The notes: generated from the letters alone by a model not told the origin. A DNA stretch of 64,000 bases from Schizochytrium sp. TIO01 (GCA_004764695.1 SMSO01000035.1:3608040-3672039), one strand, 5' to 3'. Positions 20,739-33,124 are shown, numbered from the stretch's first letter. Program-made: numbers and translations.

Positions 20739-23126
20739 ATGCGGAAAATACATCTAGTTTGGAGACAGTTGAAATGGGCTTCGGTCGTGGCTTTCATTGT
20801 GTCGCTACAAGTAGTGACAATAGCCGAGGCAACCCAAGAAGTTGTGACATGGGGGTAAGTTTACGCTGCGTATCAACTCAATGCACGAACTTAGGAACTG
20901 ACTATCTCAATTGTGCTGTCTCAATTATACTTTAGCAATCCACAATTCGGAGGTAACAACTCTGCAATTCAGAGAAATGCTTCGGCAGCTGCGATATCAC
21001 AGGTAGAATGCGGAAGTACGGCTTGTGCATTTCTGAGTGAAGATGGGCGTGTTGATACAGTAGGAATGGCCTCGTTTGGAGGAGATGCTTTCACTCTCTC
21101 CAATCAACTCTACGATATTGTCGATGTGGTTGCAGGAGATTTCACTTTTGGAGCACTGCGTGCAGATGGCACAGCTCTGCATTGGGGCTATGAACCATAT
21201 GGCGGATCCGGTCTAATGCGCAATGTCACAAGATTGTTTGGAGGGCGCCAAGCTCGTGCGGTACTTTTTGAAAATGGAACACTCTATTGCTGGGGAAACA
21301 ATTACGCAGGGGGTAGCTGCCTTCAGGCAAACCAATTTCTTTCGGCTAATGGGACTGATTTAAAGTCCATCCAAAGCAATGCAAACGCGTTTCTAGCTCA
21401 TACTTATAGCGGGCGAGGTCACGCGTGGGGAAACCCAAGGAGTGGAGGAGACCCACCTGCCGAGGTGGCAGCCTTTCTACTGGAAGACATTGTCGCCGTA
21501 GCACATATAGAAACTGCTTTTGCAGCACTAAAGTCAAACGGAACAGCGATGATGTGGGGAACAATACAGTCAAAGTTGCAAGTTATTTACGTACACTTCG
21601 ATGAACCAATTCAACAAATTTACTCAACAGCCGACTCTTTCCTTTTCCAGACTACCCAAAATTCAATTTATTCTCGTGGTGAATTACAGACATATACCAG
21701 CAATGTATCAGAGGTCGCTCTTAGTTCTGGGTCTAGCTTTGCAGTAATACATTCCAATGGGTCCGTCACAACCTACGGAGGTAGTTCAACAGAGGATAAC
21801 ATCCTAGAGCAACTTCAGCAGGACATTATTCAAGTAGCTGCAGGAGGTGCGGGGGCCTTTGCAGCCGTCAAATCAGATGGTTCTCTTATAACATGGGGAG
21901 ACGTGCAACGAGGTGGAAATCATACATCTGTCAAGAATTTCGTTTCTCAAGGTGGCGGGGTCGAGCGAATATGGGCCAATCACTATTCATTTGTTGCTAA
22001 ACTTAAAAACCCGCAGGCGGCTTTAATTGCTTGGGGCGATCCTAATCGTGGAGGAAACATCTCTACTGTTGCATCTCAGTTGAGTGGAGAGCACGTCACT
22101 AATGTAGTTCCTGGCATTGATACGTGGACAGTTATAGTTGAAATTCCAATAATTGCTGCTTCGACAAATACCCCGACTTCCGTTCGTCTTCCTGAGATCT
22201 TGACTACGCCAAGCCCCACTCTGATGCCTCTTACGAACCAATCGATTTATCCAAGTAATCGTCCGAGTACTCTTCCTCAAGTATCCCCAATTCCTTCAGT
22301 AGCACCATCCTTGACACCAGAAGAGAGTCAAACCAGTGGTCAAATGGCTTCCGTTAGTCCTACATCATTGCAGGAGACGAGTTTGCCGTCAGGGATGCCC
22401 ACTTCTACGACTATCTCGATTAACGAAGTCAATGCGACCACTTTGTCACCAACTTTAACACCGACTACCAAGGCACCCACACCAAAATTAGTCATTATGA
22501 CTGGTGCACCAACGCTGATTGGAGATACTGCCACCTATGCCCCAGTCTCTCACGATTTTTCACAAGCACCTTCTTCTTCTCCGACAAATCTAATCGAATC
22601 ATCACATCCCAATAGCACTGTGCCAACAAAATCTCCGTCTCTATTTGTAATGCCCGAGGCTAATATCAATACAACTACGCCGACTGAGTCGCCATCTCGA
22701 CCACCAAAGACATTCACTCCCACCACCAACTGGACCACTTCTACAAGCGGACCTGGTTTAACCACACCAACACCAGCAGCAAACCCTACAAATCTCTCAA
22801 AATTTGTATCACATAGTCCCACCAAATCTCAAACTTTCCAACCAACAATCTCCCCTACGAGTAAGGTATCAAACGAGGTTGACGATTCTTCCGTGAAACC
22901 TATTTTAACATCACAACGCCCAACAGCAAGCCCTGATTCTGGCGAACCAACATCTGTACCAGAAGGTGGAGAAAATCAAGGTTTACATATCGCAATAGCT
23001 CTGATTGCTTGCGTGTCTGCAATCTCAGTTGTGGCAGCATTTCTTGTAACTCGCCGTCTTCTTGTCCGTCGGCATCATCAGGTTACACCCGAAGAAACCC
23101 TGACACGCCAAGCTTTTATGCGTTAG
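20739..23126 (+). CDS. Type-I membrane glycoprotein: signal peptide, RCC1/BLIP-II-like beta-propeller repeats, S/T/P mucin-like stalk, TM helix (exons 20739-20854, 20936-23126; 768 aa)
   Basis: Exon 1 encodes MRKIHLVWRQLKWASVVAFIVSLQVVTIAEATQEVVTWG. Removing the GTAAGT..ACTGAC..TTTAG intron restores WGNPQFGG, matching the internal repeat AFAAxxxDGxxxTWGxxxxGG (about 9-10 copies). The TPT/SPT-rich stalk is followed by TM IAIALIACVSAISVVAAFLV and a basic stop-transfer. Confidence 0.82.
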
Positions 23127-24016
23127 AACTCAAAAGTGCATTTGTATATATTCAGTATTCACCAATTGAAAATCAGATCAAGATATGTCAATCTTACAGT
23201 TTCTTTGTCATAGCTTATAGGTTACCATTCTCTGGCGCTGTGTCATTTGGTTGTATATAATAATTTATTTACCATTTTCCACCCAAAATTCATGAAATAT
23301 GGCGTGCAAAACGAGCTTTTAACATTATTCATAGCAGAGAGAATTTACCTTTGTTACGCTTAACGCATCACTCAAGCCAGTTAATGAATATTTGACCATT
23401 TTGTCTTCTTCGGCGATGGCAACAATTGCTTTTGAATTGAAAATATCGATGTATATGAAATTTTGTCAAGGCGCTCCCTGTCAAGGCAACCCACTTGCAA
23501 TTTGCGATGCTTCTTCAGGAGAAAAGTGTGAATGCAGATCACTATTTTCAGCTACAGGGCGCGGGATCCGGAACGTTATCCAGGCGAAAGACATATCGAA
23601 GATCGTTCGGCGGTACATAGATCCTTCATATACTCTCCAGGATGTGTTCGAAGGACTGTAAACCTACATGAATGGCAGTGGCTGCACTAACCGCTTTCAA
23701 GTCAAGTATGATATATCACTTATTCTTCGTGCTGATCAAAGCCTTTTCTCAAGTGGTATTCCCCATCACCAGGTCAAATCTCTTTCAAAGGTTCTGTATT
23801 TCGCGAGTTGCCCAAACGCTTGTATATAACCCCCTGAACTACGTTTGTACAGGTTTCTCTTTTTAACATGGTTGAGCTGAAATTCGTGAATTCACAGATA
23901 CTAAGAAGTCTTGGCACTTAGTAAGTAATATAAGTCAATCTCAAATGGCGAAACAATTCTGTAGTGATGTACAATTTTAATTTTTTAATACATTCTTCCT
24001 AGGAATTCAGACAAAT

Positions 24017-27000
24017 TTAAGCAGCAAAAAGTCCCCATTCAGTGGCACATGCCTCCTCGAACTCGGTCATGTCATCGTCATCCTTGATCTTCTTCTTGAG
24101 CTCCTTCATCATCTTCTTCTTATCCTTGGCGGACACATCCTTGGGGAGCTTCTTCTTCTCGATCTTGTTTCCGAGAGCATCGACCTGCTCCTCCTCGGCG
24201 GCAAGCTCGAGGGCCTCAGCAGCGTAGGCAGCCCAATCAGCATCACCCTTGATATCGCAACGGTGGTTGGCGACGACCCAGGTTTCACGGGTGGTTGTAT
24301 CAGCGAACTCCTGGTTGTGGGTAATGAGAAGAACACCACCCTCGAAGTTGTTGATGGCGGTGGCGAGGGCACCAAGGGCCTCACGATCGAGGTAGTTGGT
24401 GGGCTCATCGAGAATGATCAAGTGCGGCTGGGCCCACATGGCAGCGGCAAGCACGACCTTGACCTTCTGGCCACCAGAGAGGGAGCGGATACGGTTGTGG
24501 GTTCCGAGCTCACGGTCGAGACCGACATCCTCAAGATGCTTCTCGACGTTGGCCTGGGAGAGGACACGCTGGAAGGCACCCTCAGCGGCGGCCTTGCGAC
24601 GATCGACCTCATCGAGGAGCTTCTTGAAGCCGAGGTCCTCGAGCTTGTCACGGGGGAACCAGGTGTTCTGGTCTTGGGACTTGCCAACCCACTTGACCTC
24701 GTACTCGAGGGTCTTACCGTTCTTACGGCGGGAGAGAATGCGGTCGACGACGCGCTTCTCCTTGAGGGTCTTGCCATCCTCGGTCTCGACGTTGACCTGG
24801 ATGGGCTCCTTCATCTTGGCGGCCTCCTCGTCAGAGATCTTGACGGTCTCCTTGCGGAGAGCCTCCTTGTCCTCACCACCCTGGTAACGCCACTGGATGT
24901 ACTCGTTGGCGGTCTTGTCAAGGTGCTGCTCGATGTGGTGGAAGGCGTGCTGAGCGACGTAGGCGAACTTACAGTTGGGGTGCTTGAAGACAGTACCCTT
25001 GCTCGGCTTAAATTCACCAGTAAGGAGCTTGATCATGGTGGACTTACCGGCACCGTTAGCACCAACACAGGCAATGCGAGAGGCCATGGAGACACGAACA
25101 TTGATGTGCTCAAGCTGGGGCTTCTCGCAGCCGGGGTAGGTGAAGGAGACGTCAGTCATGGACATGATGGGACGACCCTTGGACTTGACACCATCCAGAG
25201 GACCAGGCTTGGGGAACTTGAAGGCAAGCTTGGAAGCGGTCAAGTCGTAGTAAGCCTTGGCCTCAGGGAAGCGCTCGACGAACTTGGAAAGGTTACCCTT
25301 GTAGTTGTTGAGCTTGAGGGTGTCGAAGTGGATAATGTGGGTGGCGACGTTGTCGAGGAACTTGGTGTCGTGGGAGACAATGAGGGAAGTGACGTTCTTG
25401 CAGGGGTCACCCATGAGGTAGTCGACGACCCACTGAACATTGAGGACATCCAAGTGGTTAGTGGGCTCATCCATAAGGAGAATATCGGCCTTACGGAGCA
25501 TAGCGACGGTAAGGGCGAGCTTCATGCGCTGACCACCAGAGAAGGAGGTAATGGGGTCGTTGAGACGGCCCTCAAAGCCAGACTCGACAAGAGCAGAGGC
25601 GATCTCCTCTTCGGAAAGCTTCATCTCCTCCATGACGGCGTCCTTGGCGAACTCGATGATGGACCAGCGGGCCTTCTTGGCAGGGATATCGGTCTGCACA
25701 AAGATGGTCTTGAGCTTGTCGACGGGGAAGCCCTCAACCTGGCCGTTGGCGATGGAGGTAAGGAGGGTGGTCTTACCGGCAGACTTGGCGGCCACGATAC
25801 CGTAGCGCATACCACGCTTGAGGTAGAGACGGGCGTTGTTGAGAAGAATACGGGAACCGTAGGCAAGGGAGAAACGGCAATCGCAGAGCTGCTCGAGCTT
25901 CTTGTCCTCTTCGTCCTCTTCGAACTCCTCCTTGGCACCACCAGTGGCGGCAGCCTCACCGGAGATCATCTCCTGGCGAATAGCGGCGGCGACGGGCTCA
26001 CAGTCAGCCTTCTTGTTCTTGCCCTCGGGCATGAGAACCTTGAGAACCGGGATGAGGGTCTCCTTGTAGTCATCGGCATCGGCGTCGGTGGTGGAAAGGA
26101 GCTGGGCGCAGCGAGCGGCGAACTTGAAGGAAACCTCCTGGGCCTCATCGGCGACCTTACCCTCGAACTTGGTCACGGCCTTCTTGACGGCAGCCTCGAC
26201 CTTGTCGAGGGGGGCGGCAGCGAGGGCGGCGACGCGGTTGCCACGCTTGGCAATGTCGAGGAGAGCCTGGTGGGCAGCAGCACAACGGGAACGGCACTCG
26301 GGGTCAGCGACCTCCTCGGAGGCCTTGGCAAGAGCGGGCTCGAGCACGGGCATGAAGGTGGCGACGTGGTCAGGGTTGTCGACAAGCTTGGCCAAGTTCT
26401 CAGTGATGACGGCACACTTACGCTTGACGGCGGTCTTCTTCTCACGGAAGCCACGCTCGAGGAGAGGCACAGTGATGGAAAGAGCAGAGGCATCGACGGA
26501 CTGGACGAAGGTGGTGGCGGCAAGAGTGTGAACGCACTCCTCGACCTGGTCGGGGTGGGCGATGGCAGCGACGAGGGCAGGCACGAAGGGCTGAATATCA
26601 TTGTTGTCGATGGACTTGCAGCAAGCCTGAAGAGCGGTGGCGGCGGCCTCCTTGACTTGCTTCTTGGAGTCCCACATAAGGGCGGAGAGGGCAGGCACAA
26701 GCTCAACCATGCGGGTGGCAATAAAGTCAGGGCCGACCTCGGTGAAGGCGGCAAGGAGCTCCATGCAGAGAACCTTGACCTGCCACTTGGGGTGCTCCTG
26801 GGCCTCCTTGAGGAGGTGGTCGAAGAGCATGGCGACGGGGGCCGGTGTCATGGCCTTGACGACAGCCTTGGCAGACTTGCTGGAGGCCTTACGGAGGTCG
26901 GCGGACTTCTTGTCACCGGCCTGGTCAATTACAGTGTCGAGGCGGGGGAGGAGGAAGGGAAGAGCAGCGCCCTTGACCTTCTTAGAGAGGGCGCCGAAGA

Positions 27001-27199
27001 GGAGCACGCCGCCCTCACGGGCCACAGCGTTGTTCTCATCTCCGAGCGCAGCGTCGAGGGTCTTGAGAAGGCCATTGTCTCCGACAAGGGACTCTACGCC
27101 TGCCTCCTTGACCTCCGCCGCGAGCTGGTCGGCGACCTCCTTCAGGGACTCGTTGGTCTCGGCCTTGAGGATCTTCTCGCAGAGCTCTTGGGAAACCAT
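24017..27199 (-). CDS. eEF3: Translation elongation factor eEF3 (HEAT, 4HB, ABC1, ABC2 with chromodomain insertion, basic tail)
   Basis: 1060 aa. LAATTFVQSV..ALSITVPLLERG, LCDCRFSLAYGSRILLNN, DEPTNHLD, VGANGAGKST, YVAQHAFHHIEQHLDKT, chromo YEVKW..NTW, LSGGQKVKVVL, DEPTNYLD. Strong C/G-ending codon bias typical of a highly expressed gene. Confidence 0.96.
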   Translation of the reverse strand: MVSQELCEKILKAETNESLKEVADQLAAEVKEAGVESLVGDNGLLKTLDAALGDENNAVAREGGVLLFGALSKKVKGAALPFLLPRLDTVIDQAGDKKSADLRKASSKSAKAVVKAMTPAPVAMLFDHLLKEAQEHPKWQVKVLCMELLAAFTEVGPDFIATRMVELVPALSALMWDSKKQVKEAAATALQACCKSIDNNDIQPFVPALVAAIAHPDQVEECVHTLAATTFVQSVDASALSITVPLLERGFREKKTAVKRKCAVITENLAKLVDNPDHVATFMPVLEPALAKASEEVADPECRSRCAAAHQALLDIAKRGNRVAALAAAPLDKVEAAVKKAVTKFEGKVADEAQEVSFKFAARCAQLLSTTDADADDYKETLIPVLKVLMPEGKNKKADCEPVAAAIRQEMISGEAAATGGAKEEFEEDEEDKKLEQLCDCRFSLAYGSRILLNNARLYLKRGMRYGIVAAKSAGKTTLLTSIANGQVEGFPVDKLKTIFVQTDIPAKKARWSIIEFAKDAVMEEMKLSEEEIASALVESGFEGRLNDPITSFSGGQRMKLALTVAMLRKADILLMDEPTNHLDVLNVQWVVDYLMGDPCKNVTSLIVSHDTKFLDNVATHIIHFDTLKLNNYKGNLSKFVERFPEAKAYYDLTASKLAFKFPKPGPLDGVKSKGRPIMSMTDVSFTYPGCEKPQLEHINVRVSMASRIACVGANGAGKSTMIKLLTGEFKPSKGTVFKHPNCKFAYVAQHAFHHIEQHLDKTANEYIQWRYQGGEDKEALRKETVKISDEEAAKMKEPIQVNVETEDGKTLKEKRVVDRILSRRKNGKTLEYEVKWVGKSQDQNTWFPRDKLEDLGFKKLLDEVDRRKAAAEGAFQRVLSQANVEKHLEDVGLDRELGTHNRIRSLSGGQKVKVVLAAAMWAQPHLIILDEPTNYLDREALGALATAINNFEGGVLLITHNQEFADTTTRETWVVANHRCDIKGDADWAAYAAEALELAAEEEQVDALGNKIEKKKLPKDVSAKDKKKMMKELKKKIKDDDDMTEFEEACATEWGLFAA

Positions 27200-27512
27200 T
27201 GTGCTAACTACAGGTACGTACGTACACCTTTTAATCTACTACCGCTTTCGCTTTCCTTCGTAACAAATGCACTTGCTACCTGCTACCTGGGTTCTGTTGC
27301 TGCGCCGACTTGTGCTTGCTTGCTTGCTTGCTTGCTTACTTCTTCTTCAAGAGGGCGGGTGCGCTGGGCTCCGGCTTTGCTGCTTGCTAATCAGGCAACG
27401 GTTCTGCGCCAGGTCAACCGAGTCAGTCAGTCAGTTCTCCTTGGCCTGCTCGAGTTTCGGGTTTGCTTGGTCTGCGAATGCACCATCGAATGGGCCCATC
27501 AGTTCCTCCTCT

Positions 27513-27571
27513 TTCTTCTTCTCCTTCTTCTTCTTCTTCTTCTTCTTCTTCTTCTTCTTCTTCTTCTTCTT
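27513..27571. repeat. (CTT)n microsatellite upstream of eEF3
   Basis: Directly visible. Confidence 0.92.
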
Positions 27572-29039
27572 CATTCTCTCCTCCCAAGCCCCTCTGAACA
27601 CTTGTCCTCTCACACCCCCTCCTCCCTGTCTCCCAAACGCGCCAAGTTTCTGCCTCTTTTGCGAGGGGCCCTCTCACAAACGGGCTTCTTCCGCCTTCGT
27701 TTATGAGAGGAGGAAGAAGTCGCCCTCACTCTTCCTCCCCACAGCCCACCCCCTCACACCGACGGTGGTTAGTTAGCGCAGCTGCGTAGCTACTACTACT
27801 GCCTTACCTTTTCTCTCTATCTAGCTACTAGCTGCAAACCGTTTGAGATTCCACGCTTTTTCTTTTTAAAACCAGAGCTTTCTCTCAATTTATTTTTTAT
27901 TTTTTTAAAGTTTTAAATGAAACAAAACCTTGAACTGAAACTAAAATAGAAAAAAGGAAAGGACAGGAAAGGAAAGGTTGTACAAATTGCTGCCGCTTTT
28001 CTGTTGACCATTTATCTCTGTGCATCACCAATATTCAACAGAAGGCTACACCTATTGCTGCATGAATGCTCGGCACCCCTTGACACATCCAGCCGGTCGT
28101 CCGGAGCTTACTTTCCACGCATCCATCCATCAATCAATCCATCCATCCATCAATCAATCAATCGATTCTTTCATTCTTTCATTCATCCCTTCGAAACAGT
28201 TGGCACTACCTAAGTGTGAGCTAATGGAAAGCCGAAAGCGCGCCGTTTCAGTGTGCACTTCTCAGCTATCTTCAAGCCGAGGAAAAGCTCGGATGCCGTG
28301 ACCCCACATGGGCCCAAGACTCTATTCCTGTGGCTGCGGATCGTCAGCTCCAGCCCGCCCGGGACGATCGATCGAGATCGAAGAAGGCTTCTTCAGCCTC
28401 GCCAAATCCGCGAGCCCTGCCTGAAACCTTTGACCATCACGATGAGTTATTTCGAAAACAGGAGCTTTCGGCTCTTTCTTCCAACTCGCTTCGTCACCCA
28501 TCCGGCGTATCTAAGGAACTTCCGGCAGCACGAAAATGAATGGCGTTGAGACACCCCCACTAACTCTTCTGTAAAGAGTCCCCACTGAGCAATCCCAGTG
28601 TCGGAAAATTGATTTACCCGAGTTGACGCCACGCACGCCCGTTCTTACCGTTCTTTTTGTTCTCTGTAGTTCTGTTGAGGAAGGAGGAACTTTCCGGAAG
28701 CATGCGAAGTCACCAGCGACCTACTTTGCGCTCCGAATAAAACAAACGAAGAAGAAACGAGAAAGAATAAGGGCGCGAGCAGCCACAGCCAAACGTTCGT
28801 GGCCATAGACCTCGCCTTCTTGGCGTCCAGACGGCACGTTGAAGCACCTTTTCACTGCGCTAGGCCCTGCTTTGGCCACCGGCAGCGCTTCCTTATTCCC
28901 ATTCCTCGCTTAAACGTGCAAGTGACAAGCTCTTTCTTTTCCATGGCTGTGACGGCTGATGAATTTTCTACATTATTATTCATATCAATTATAATCACAA
29001 CTTTGCTCCTTTCAATTTTATAAACATATAGTAAATATA

Positions 29040-29090
<51 letters not shown>

Positions 29091-29140
29091 ATAGATAAAC
29101 AGATAAACAGATAAACAGATAAATAGATAAATAGATAAAC
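29040..29140. repeat. (AAAT)n followed by (AGATAAAC/T)n microsatellite
   Basis: Directly visible. Confidence 0.9.
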
Positions 29141-29929
29141 AAAAGTTTCAGGTTTGGCTATAATTTTCAAGTAAACAAATCTTTAGAGCAATAATTAAAA
29201 CCAATCACGGCCAGAAAGGAGCACGTCTTCTTCTTCTTCTTCTTCGCGACGCAGTGAACCAACGTTGGACCCGACGAGAAGCCGGACGCAGTTGCATACC
29301 CGCTTGATGCGTCGTCGTCGGTGGTGCAGGCCCTCGTGTCGCCCGACGTCTTCGCACCGCACCTCCGCCGCAGCCCCAAGCTTCGCTTCTCGTGTGCCTC
29401 GCACTCTCGCCAGCCAAGAAAGCAACGTTGCCATCATCATGATTATCAATCAGTCTGTCGCAAGGCCCCGTTCTTCTTCTGCCGCCCACTAGTACCTACG
29501 TAGCTAGCCACTACCTACCCACCGCTAAATAGAACGGAACAGACAGACAAACAGACAAACAGAGAAAGAAAGAAAGAAAGAAAGAAAGAAAAGAGAAAGA
29601 AAGAAAAGGCCAAAAAAGCCAAAGAGGGCCAAAGAAGGCCAAAGAAGGCCGGTAGAAAAGGCAACGGCAGGCGCTTTGGGCGACCTGCACACCCGCCGCT
29701 GCCGGCTCCCTCCCTCGCTCGATCGCACGCGCGAGCAGGCCCCGCAGGCCCAGCGGCTTCGGGTCTGTCTGCTCGCGCGAGGCGAAGGCGCAAGTCCAAG
29801 AAACGCCAAAGATGCGGTTGATTTGCGGTGTTCCGGAGCGAGGAAAAGTCCTCGCCCGAGATTCTTCCCCCCCCCCTACTACCAGTTTGCGGTAGCTGGC
29901 TATCCATGTATGTATGCCACGCTTGGAAG

Positions 29930-30651
29930 CATTCATTTCATTCTTTCATTCATTCGTATTTATTCATTCATTCATTCGTATTTATTCATTCATTCATTCG
30001 TATTTATTCATTCATTCATTCGTATTTATTCATTCATTCATTCGTATTTATTCATTCATTCATTTATTCGTATTTATTCATTCATTCATTTATTCGTATT
30101 TATTCATTCATTCATTCGTATATATTCATTCATTCATTTATTCGTATATATTCATTCATTCATTCGTATTTATTCATTCATTCATTTATTCGTATATATT
30201 CATTCATTCATTCGTATTTATTCATTCATTCATTTATTCGTATATATTCATTCATTCATTCGTATATATTCATTCATTCATTCGTATTTATTCATTCATT
30301 CATTCGTATTTATTCATTCATTCATTCGTATTTATTCATTCATTCATTCGTATTTATTCATTCATTCATTCATTCATTTATTCGTATATATTCATTCATT
30401 CATTCGTATTTATTCATTCATTCATTCGTATATATTCATTCATTCATTCGTATTTATTCATTCATTCATTTATTCGTATTTATTCATTCATTCATTCGTA
30501 TTTATTCATTCATTCATTTATTCGTATATATTCATTCATTCATTCGTATATATTCATTCATTCATTTATTCGTATATATTCATTCATTCATTCGTATTTA
30601 TTCATTCATTCATTCGTATATATTCATTCATTCATTCGTATTTATTCATTC
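29930..30651. repeat. ATTC-derived minisatellite with 22/26-bp higher-order units, GTAT(T/A)T(ATTC)3[ATTT]ATTC, about 30 units
   Basis: Directly visible. CGTA recurs every 22 or 26 bp (one 34-bp unit). Confidence 0.97.
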
Positions 30652-33124
30652 GATGTGTTCAAATGCATTCATTCATCGACGCATTAATTGGTTGGCTGGT
30701 TGACTGATTGATTGATTGATTAATTCATGCATTACATCGATCGACTCATTGGTTGATTGATCCATTGATTCACCCATTCGGCGTTGCGCTGGTTGGCCTG
30801 CCTTCTCTCTCGACATGCCTCGCTCGAGCTCTTCTATGAGCCGTCGAGGCCTTCTTCGCGAGACGCAGCAAAGCCTGCGCTCTCCAGGTGCAGAAGAACG
30901 CTCACTGAGGGCTTCGTCTGCAGCCTACTTTGCTGGTGCCTCGAGGCCCTCGAGACCGAGAAGGCCCTCCTCGCCTGACCGCCTGCGTCGAGAACGGGTG
31001 GGTCGCATGGCTAGCGCTGGCGGCGCGGGAGGAGACGAAGCGCCTTCGCCTTGGAGCGCAAGACTTGAGCTCCAGAGCTCGAGCTTTCGCCGCAAAGATC
31101 TCATCACCTCTGCGTCTCCAGAGCCACAATGAACGTATGCGGAAGATGGCCTTTTCAGGGTCTTCGTTCGACCAGGAAGATGAACGAACGAACTTGAGCT
31201 CAGTCCTTCTCGCAAAGCCTCAGGAAGACCCATTAAAACCCAGACGAGGTCCACAAAACCTCAGACAAGACCCGCAAGACCCCAGAAAGGCTCCGTCCGG
31301 GTCGAAGAGTCTGAGAGAAATACTTGAGGGCAAGCAAGGCAGTCAGAGCTTGCTTGCTTGCTTGCTGGCTGGCTGGCTGGCTTGGGTTAGATGGGCCGCT
31401 GGGAGGCAGAGGCAGCACTAGGCACGCGCGTAGGCCTTGGCTAGGCCCCTCAGAAGTGAGAGTGACAGTGCACGTGCGCTGACTAGTCGTAGCTTCGGCG
31501 AGACCACGGCACGTGCTGGATCTCCCCGAAAGCCAGAACCGCTGCTGAAAAGGCAGAGGAAACTCCTCCCTGGGCAGGGCTGCGCTGGAGGGACTGGGTA
31601 CAGCGGCAGCGAACGAGCTGGGGTTTGGCAACGGCTGCGTAGCTGGCCTGGTGCTTTGTTATTGGCACGGTGAAGATCGATGGAAGGAGAAGGAAACAAA
31701 TAGACAAAGGAGCGGGAGCTTATTGTAGGAATCATCATGAACTGGAGACTCGTGGGAAGATGGGGAAGGACTAGGGAGTCTTTGAAACGAGGAAAGAAGG
31801 TCTAGCTGGTTCCGGGATTTGACATTAACCGCACACAGGAAACGAACTAAAGCTACGCGTGTTTGAAGTTTTGGAGAACAAGACACAGACTGAATGCAAC
31901 ATCTGAAAACGTTCAAGTTGGTGAAGTGTTCTCAGCTGCAAAATTGTGAACCTTATTGTTGAGACTATCATCTACGAAAACTCGAATGAAACTTTTCTAT
32001 CTGAGTAGTACGAAAAGGTGCTTTCCTGAATACAGCGTTAGTACAAGCATCGTGTCAAAACTCCGGACAAGAAGAGAGATCCAATTGAACTCGCGAGATT
32101 CAAGTTTGGCAAGTCAGCCATTTATGGTGATATTGAAGTACTCAGAGTCCAGAAACGGGATCTCGCAGGGCCGCTGGTGAGGCTAGAAGTCACTGTATGC
32201 AAAACTCGTGCTACTTCTACCACCACCATTTTCTCAGGAAGAAGTTAGCACCAAAGAGATCTTTCAAGGCCTTGAGAACAGGATCACTTTCCTTGAGGAG
32301 TTTTGAAAAAACTAAACTAAAAATAAATTAAATTAAAATAAATGATGGACTTCCACGCACTTCTTGTACAATCACCTACCCATGAGGATTCGCCCGGCCT
32401 TCACGAAACTTGTAACGCGTGCACCTCATTCCTTCATCTCACTTACTTAAAACAAAACCGGGGCAGGATTGGATAATAGTATTTCTTAACCGTCAGAGCC
32501 CACGAATTATGATGCGGAGAAATACGATATACAAGACAACTAACAAGAAGCTAAGCAAAATTCTGAGGATATTTACGTTCCAAACTCTTCGCGTACTATT
32601 TGGACTTGATGATTGTTCAGCTGCCCTCCCCCCCTTCTTGGTGAACCCTACTTAGGTAATGATAACATAGATCAGACAAATGAACTTCTCTATAAAGCAA
32701 ACAACTAATAAGACCACCCATCGCAAATAATAAGTAATACGCGTAGTGTCGAGACAGCTACAAAGTTGCGGCAAGGCGATGACTCTGATGAGCATTTTGA
32801 TTCTCTCCCAAAGTAAAGGCAAAGCTCAGAAAATCTAATGCATTATTAAGTCTGAAAGTCGCATATAAAATAATATGAGCAACAGCCTTTGGTATCAATC
32901 GATTAGATTATTAGACATGATACAAAATATAAAAATAGGATAAACAGCTTGAATTAGCTCTAGTCTAAGCAATTGAAGTATAAGTAATTACTCTATTTGC
33001 ATCTGCTGGAAATCGAAGGTCCAACGGCACCTAGATGAAACAAACATAATTATACCACTCACTAGTTAAAGTTTGCCAGGTGTTTCAAATACCTTTGCGA
33101 ATCCAAATTCTCTGTGATTCCTAA

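Noticed and set aside
24263-27706. 1147-aa ORF antisense to eEF3
   Set aside because: Shadow ORF. eEF3 avoids TTA/CTA/TCA codons, so the in-register antisense frame lacks stops. The product has no recognisable motifs and runs into a (CTT)n poly-Leu tract.
29930-30651. CRISPR-like regular array
   Set aside because: No unique spacers, units are abutting tandem repeats, the context is eukaryotic and there are no cas genes.
29676-30707. Three overlapping 257-343 aa ORFs with FIHS repeats
   Set aside because: They are translations of the ATTC minisatellite, which has no stop codon on the + strand.
30784-31738. Cluster of 60-160 aa ORFs in a GC-rich block
   Set aside because: Expected by chance at high GC. 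They show no domain motifs or consistent codon bias and overlap in several frames.
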